Assembly: GCA_049999805.1 (NCBI GenBank)
Contig: JBNGIO010006165.1
Location: 148,199 to 174,469, forward strand
Direction: 5' to 3'
Length of the DNA stretch: 26,271 nt
Origin: Folioceros fuciformis
Taxonomy: Eukaryota
Below the pieces are notes generated by a model that worked only from the letters and a program-made list of their open reading frames with translations, searched no databases and was not told the origin of the DNA. Of this stretch, positions 24,925-26,271 are shown one piece after another; the first letter of the stretch is position 1; every line of letters starts with the position of its first letter. A program made the translations under genes and the position numbers.

Positions 24925-26271
24925 GGCCCCGCATGAATCCACCCGTGGTTCCCCACTGCCGCTTCGTACGGGTCCCAAGTCTTCCTTCACGTGTGGTATG
25001 GTGCATGTATGTGGTGCTCCCTTGGCCTGCAACCTGCGTCCCAGCTTTGGAATCTCTCCATTTGTTTTTGGCGTACAAGCCCACATCCCCTGTGTATACT
25101 ACATTACTTCACTACGCTACACACGCTTTGGGTTTCCTGTCGCCCAGGGGTCCTTGTGAAAGGGACAAGCGCATTCGGTTGAGCAATGTTCGCTGCTGTG
25201 GGACTTTGTGTTCTCGGGGATTGCATTCTTGGGTCAAGAGCCGTCAAGGTAGGTAAGGATATTAATGTTAACCTATCACTCTCACGTCGTGAGTATTTGA
25301 ATCTTTGATAGCTACTCCATCTTCCTTGCCAAGAACACGCCCGTCTCCATGAAAGCTAAAGCTCGGAGTGTCCATGACCAAATGACTGCTTGCTGCGGCT
25401 TCCTCAACATGACAAAGCTAGAACCATGGCATGGCCGGCCCTCATCACATACGCACAGGGCGCGCCTGTTGCTTACATCCACCTGCACACAATTCTGGCG
25501 AAGACAGGATAGAGAACGGAGAGGGAGAAGGAGAAGCGGTGGGACCCCAGTCCCGCGTGGCTCCATGTTATATGCCGGCACTTGTCGCGTCTCAAAATAT
25601 CTTCTCGACTCTGCCAGGAGCAATCCGTCCGTTCGGAGGGGCCTGCTCCGGACGACGCTCCCCGGTGGTCAGGCCAGGCATCCGGCGCTTGGAGCGGATA
25701 TGGTGCGCTTTTCAACAACCGGCCTGCGCTGGCGAGACGCAACTCGCTCGGCAGTCGACTGCGCTATACCGCACCTTCCCGGAGCCGCCTGCGGGAAGGA
25801 AGGAAGCCAGCCGCGATGTGATATTAGCCTGTCACTCACGCTAGCTCACCTAACTGGGCCGAGAAGGAGGCGACAACAGCAAAAGAGCAGAAGCGAGTCG
25901 ACTCGGAAGGGGAAAGCTGGAATCATTACATGATTGTTGCCGCAAAGGGAACAGGGCTTGGAAGAGCAGCAACGAGCGGCGCAGACCAGCGCGGCGCCGC
26001 ATAATGCAAAATAATGCCACCACAACATGAAAATTCTCACAATCGGACAGCAATCGCAAAGCAAATGCATGCCTCCCCTTCCTCCTCCTCGACGCGTGTT
26101 ACCTCTGTAGCGGCGACGTGGCCCCGCCATGGCTCCCGAGCTCCCGACTCGACCCGACCCGATACACGCTGCGGTCCGTTCCTGTTCCCGTCGGCCGGGC
26201 TGTTCCCGCGGCAAGGACGGCCCGGGCTCGATACCGGCCCGCTGCTGCCCGCCCCGCAAATGAGATGCCCG

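Noticed and set aside
24197-25256. 320-aa and 252-aa overlapping plus-strand ORFs
   Set aside because: Non-ATG starts, they run through simple repeats, and the composition is not protein-like.
25312-26271. Possible gene start at CCATGG around 26127-26132 (good Kozak context on both strands) and ORF 25349-25933
   Set aside because: The plus-strand reading closes after 44 codons, the minus-strand reading has no recognisable homology, and no gene model can be supported.

Overview
Compact, GC-rich nuclear DNA of a non-seed land plant with short introns. It is most likely a hornwort, inferred from the DRH-type DYW domain. Six protein-coding genes are supported: (1) a 3'-truncated plastid 13-lipoxygenase (-); (2) an intronless PLS-class PPR-E1-E2-DYW protein of the HAE/DRH (DYW:KP-like) type linked to U-to-C RNA editing, which unexpectedly carries an N-terminal OSB-type 'PDF' ssDNA-binding motif (-); (3) an intronless ferredoxin + metallo-beta-lactamase-fold protein (+); (4) a 9-exon plastid folate-biopterin transporter (-); (5) a 7-exon BiP (-); (6) a 17-exon GRP94/endoplasmin (+). 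BiP and GRP94 lie head-to-head about 565 bp apart, across a spacer rich in CCAAT, GCCACG and TGACG motifs, which suggests a bidirectional UPR promoter. There is also an assembly gap with a 32-bp-period repeat, a 29-bp minisatellite and small simple repeats. Exon boundaries were deduced by hand from GT-AG sites and reading-frame continuity.
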